Assembly: GCA_010093995.1 (NCBI GenBank)
Contig: ML992510.1
Coordinates: forward strand, 323,504-387,503
Direction of reading: 5' to 3'
Length of the DNA stretch: 64,000 bases
Source of the DNA: Elsinoe ampelina
Lineage: Eukaryota
The translations under genes were made by a program, and so were the position numbers. Below, in pieces: positions 60,901 through 64,000 of the stretch (the first letter of the stretch is position 1; each line of letters begins with the position of its first letter). The notes under the pieces were generated by a model. It saw nothing but the letters and a program-made list of their open reading frames with translations, did no database searches and was not told the origin of the DNA.

Positions 60901-63900
60901 TTAATAACTATATTATACTTAAAGATAGCGCTAAGCTACTACGTATAGAGCCTTTACGCTACCTATTACTAGAAGAACTTAATATAGTAGAACAATTTAT
61001 CTAAGAATATCTTAATAAAGGCTTTATTATACTAAGTTCTACTAGCTATTCCTTACCTATTCTCTTTATTTATAAGCTAGGTAGAGAACTCTATCTCTAC
61101 GTTAACTACTATAGTCTTAACAAGGTAACTAAGTAAGATATTTGTTCTCTATCCCTTATCGAAGAAACGCTTATATACGTAAGTAAGGCTAAATAGTTTA
61201 GTAAGATTAACATCCGTTAAGTATTCTACTAACTCTATAACTCTATCGATAGTAAAGACCTTACTATGTTCTTTATACGTATAGGCAACTTTAAGTAGCT
61301 AGTAATGCCTTTTAGCCTTACTAACGCCTCTATAGTATAGTAGAGGTTTATAAACTAGAACTTCGTCGATATACTAGAGCGCTTTATGTCGATCTATTTA
61401 GATAATATTCTTATTTATACTAACGGAACTTATAGAGAGTACGCTAAGTATATTAAGCTAGTGCTCTAATAACTCTACGACTTAGGCCTAAATACTAATA
61501 TTAAAAAGAGTAAGTTCTACCTAATAGAAGTAAAGTATCTTAGTATTATTATTAGCCGAGATAGAGTTAAGATAGATCCTAAGAAGGTTAAAGCTATATA
61601 AGCCTAGAAATAGCTAGCCCCTAGTAATACTACTTAAGTAAGGAGCTTTATTAGTTTCTATAGCTACTACTGCTACTTTATTAAAGGATTTAGTACTATC
61701 GCTAAGCTATTAAATAATCTACTTAAGAAGGACGCTATACTATAGAACAATAAGTATACTGCTGTATTTAACTATATAAAGTATACTATTATAAGTACGC
61801 CTATCCTTATATACTTTAATTACTTAAAGTAGATAGTTCTTAAGACTAATACCTCCGACACTACTACTACTAGAATTCTATTATAATATAATAAGTCTAA
61901 CGTTCTCTAGCCTATTACCTTTTTTAGTAAATCTATAAATAAAGCTAAATATAACTACGCTATCTACGATAAGGAACTACTAGTAATTATCTAAGCCTTT
62001 AAGGAGTAGGCCCCTAAGCTTATAAGTACTTAATCTAATAAGGCTATTTACGTTCTTACTAACTACTAATCCTTAATATACTTTATAAAGACTTAGAAGC
62101 TATTATACCGCTAAGTACGCTAGGCTCTCTACCTTGCGTAGTTTAACTTTAAGATTATATATAGGCCTAGCGCTACTAACGGCAAGGCTAATATACTTAC
62201 GAGGAGGAATAGAAATATACTATATTCGAGAGAAGACTCTAATCTACGCTAGACACTACTACTATATAAGGTACTAGATTAGCGTATTATCGACGAACTA
62301 AATCTAAGTTATATCCGAACTAGATTACTAATCTAAGCCGAACTAAAATCTAGTTCGGCATCTAGTTCGTAAACTAGTTTACTATCTAGTCTATTACCTA
62401 TTTTACCTTCTATTTTACTACCTATATCGGCGCCTATTTCGGCTACTAAACTAGGTATCTACGTAGTACCTATCTTAGCTATAGAAGAGCCTTTACTCCT
62501 TTTCGACGAAGTAGCTAAAGCTAACCTATAAGACTTCGATTTTAAGACAGTTTATAGTATTTACTATATAATAGAAGTCTTCCTAAAGAGGAAATAGCTA
62601 CTATTAACTAATATTACAATTAAAAAGGGAATACTATAGGCTAATAGCCGACTAATTATACCTTTCTCTATAGCTACGAAGGTTATCTAAGGAGTTTATA
62701 CATTAAAGAATTATATACACGTAGGAGCTACTAAGACGGCTACTATAATAAAGTCTACTTTCTATATCTCTAGATACAATAGTAACGTTAAGAGGTTTAT
62801 TACTAACTATTATAACTATAAGCGTTTAAAGGCTCGTTATAGTTTACTAGCTAGTCTCTTATTACTATTGCCTATTCCGGAAAGGCCTTAGTAATATATT
62901 ACTATAGACTTTGTTACTAGTCTACTCTTAGTAGATAGCTATAACGTAGTACTATATATTATAGATTACTTATCTAAGGAATAACACTTAATTTCTTACT
63001 TCTCTAGAGAAGGAGGCACCTTAGCGTTTAAGACTACTAAGTTATTATTCTTCTACGTTTAGAAACTATATAGCCTACTAGATAGTATTACCTCTAACTA
63101 TAGCTCTTAGTTCGTTAGCGACGTATAGAAAAAGCTCTACTAAATCCTAAAGATTACTACTAAACTATCTACTATAGAGTACCTATAAATAGATAGCTAA
63201 TTAGAGGTTATAAATTGTAAGTTTAAGCGGATTATTCGTTTATATACTACACGTTTTAGCAATTAGACTCTTATTCTACTAGTAGTAGAGTTCTCCGCTA
63301 ATACTAGCCTATTAGAAAGTACTAAGCTATTACTATTTAAGGTTACTAGGGGATATAAGCCTAGGCTAAGCTTCTAGCTCTCTTCTAACGTACTATTAAT
63401 AAGAGCTAAGCTAAATAAGACTAACATTTACGCCTTTACTAAGTAACTAAAAGAAGCGCTAGCTATTACTAAGGCTAACCTCGCTATTACCTAATTACAA
63501 ATAGTAGAGTAAGCTAATAGGCACTACTAGCTAATAGAGTTTAAGGTAGGCGATTTAGTTTAGCTATTAATAAAGAACCTCTAGTTACTAGGCAATCTAA
63601 AGCTACTACTAAAGTATATTAGTCCTTATAAGATCCTTAAAAAAACAGTTACTATTAGTATATAAGCTTAATCTACTAGCTACTCTATAAAGGATTTACT
63701 CTATATTTTACACCGACCTCCTTACTAAGCACCCGAATAACCCTCTACTAGGCTAAGCCTTTAAGGAACTACCTCTAGTAGAAGTCGATAGTAAAGAGAA
63801 ATACGAGGTAAACGATATAATTAATATACGTATACTATAAGAGAAGCTAGTTACTTATATAAGCTAGAAGAGCTATCTAGAGAATCTTACCTAGTAGCTA

Positions 63901-64000
63901 ATTAATAATCTTAAAGGAGTAGCCGACGTACTACGTAACTATCTAGACTCTTATACGGATAAGCTAAGGCTAAAATAGATTAATAAATAATATATAATAG
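57978..64000 (+). mobile_element. Gypsy chromovirus family D inserted in B' RNase H; 3' end beyond window
   Basis: Homology to B stops after gtact (57973-57977) and new sequence starts taatacgag (RIPped TG..). Domains: protease FIDTG (~60055), RT YLD(N) (~61395), RNase H (~61840-62190), integrase (~62700-63350) and chromodomain-like YEV.DII..SWK.Y..PTW (~63800-63900). Only one LTR is visible and its 3' edge is not fixed. Confidence 0.88.

Overview
This is eukaryotic DNA from a filamentous ascomycete with repeat-induced point mutation (RIP). A ~7.4 kb GC-normal island (~23.5-30.9 kb) carries three intact host genes: CDC123 (+), a Ser-rich protein with C-terminal hydrophobic helices (-, one intron) and the CAAX protease RCE1 (+, three introns). 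It is flanked by TpA-rich, CpA/TpG-depleted transposon relics that can still be read by mentally reversing C>T/G>A changes. Left side: (1) a >13 kb composite DNA-element remnant with a Plavaka-type transposase, an intron-containing SNF2/SF2-helicase-like gene and BTB/POZ-like cargo; (2) a truncated Gypsy inserted in a Tc1/IS630-type transposase; (3) a complete Copia with TSD CTAAG. Right side: a second Copia (with an assembly gap and a 12-bp minisatellite) hosting a stack of five nested chromodomain Gypsy elements from four families, with LTRs and 5-bp TSDs resolved where visible. The most interesting signals are (a) three Gypsy families with unrelated LTRs that each carry an antisense, intron-bearing Cys-rich (Zn-cluster-like) accessory gene between pol and the 3' LTR, and (b) the Plavaka + SNF2 + BTB composite element. 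All protein readings in the repeat regions are manual de-RIP reconstructions, not database hits.
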